Below the pieces are notes generated by a model, which was not told the origin of the DNA, made no database searches, and saw only the letters and a program-made list of their open reading frames with translations. 64,000 nucleotides of DNA from Sphyrna mokarran (Eukaryota), in the NCBI GenBank assembly GCA_024679065.1, contig JAGIQG010000040.1, forward strand, positions 3,782,001-3,846,000, in the 5' to 3' direction. This document shows positions 63,150-64,000 of this stretch, piece by piece. The position numbers and the translations under genes were made by a program. Position 1 is the first letter of the stretch, and each line of letters starts with the position of its first letter.

Positions 63150-64000
63150 GGGCGAATTTATTGACGCCAATCAGCCTAAAAAGCACATTTTTGGGATAGG
63201 GGAGGAAACTGAAGCACCCGGAGAAAACCCATACAAACACAGGCAGAATGTGCAAACTCTCACAGACATTGATCCAAGCCGGAGATCCGATCTGGGCCCC
63301 TGTAACTGCACAGCCGATGGAGATAGTCACTGGGCTGACGTTTTGCCAGTCAATTGGTCCAGATTAAGCGTACACTAACGGATGTGAAGCACTAGGCAAC
63401 TCTCGAAGCAATATCCAAGAGCAACCCTCGCACTACCCACCGCGTGTATACGCCTTGTTGGCCAACAAGAGGGACCGAATCGCCTGTGGATGTAAAAGGA
63501 GACATCAATAAACACAAATAGACATACAACAGACTATACAGACAATGATGGAAGATCCCCAATAGCTCCAATGTAAGTGACGGTGTGAGGCTTAAAATTT
63601 GTTGGATGGCCGATAGGAATCTATTAATTCCCAGGAACGTCCTGAGGCTCTTGATCTTCACCTAGAACAATCGTTTGTATCCTTCCACTTCCAATCTGGT
63701 GATATGACTATCTAAGTAAGTCTTAAACAACTTTAGCGTGTCTGCCTCCACCACCCTATGTGGCAGTGCATTCCAGGCCCCCGCTATCTTCTGTGTAAAA
63801 AACGTCCCTTTGACAACTGAGTTACATCTCGCCCATCTCACCTTGAGCTCGTGACCCCTCGTGAGCGTCGCCTCCGACCTGGGAAAAAGCTTCCCACTGT
63901 TCACCTTATCTATATCCTTCATAATTTTATACACCTCTATTAGGTCTCCCCTCATTCTCCGTCTTTCCAGGAAGAACAACCCCAGTTTGCCCAATCTCTC
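63150..64000 (-). mobile_element. CR1 LINE 3' end (divergent subfamily) with structured 3' UTR and V-SINE-like core; runs off the right edge
   Basis: ORF 63662-63994 (LERRRMRGDLIEVYKIM...FFTQKIAGAWNALP); the UTR is homologous to 56060-56360. Confidence 0.9.

Overview
Vertebrate genomic DNA, almost certainly from a cartilaginous fish (shark), judged from CR1/HER1-type LINEs, V-SINE/HE1-type SINEs and a shark IgM-type VH and D segment. The left two-thirds (1 to ~44.7 kb) is a cluster of two-exon class A GPCR genes of the GPR139/GPR142-like type, all on the minus strand. It includes a recent tandem segmental duplication (1-16475 vs 24364-40354, offset ~24 kb) that copies GPCR exon 1, a tRNA-Glu and a tRNA-Leu gene. 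The right third (46-61 kb) is the edge of an antigen-receptor V array on the plus strand. TCR Valpha/delta-like pseudogenes alternate with IgH-like V segments. One IgH-like V (50444-50928) is intact, with leader, 23-RSS and its own 12/22-RSS D segment, but no JH or CH follows. This is the architecture expected for TCR-delta-associated Ig-like V (TAILV) blocks in a TCR alpha/delta locus; no J or C exon is in the window to confirm it. Highlights: an N-glycosylation/Met heptad repeat in the GPCR ectodomain with almost purely non-synonymous divergence between duplicates; an inverted 23/12 D-like segment; a young CR1 at the duplication junction; and a ~120-nt covarying RNA structure conserved in the 3' UTRs of divergent CR1 subfamilies. 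All alignments and counts were done by eye, and repeat boundaries are approximate.
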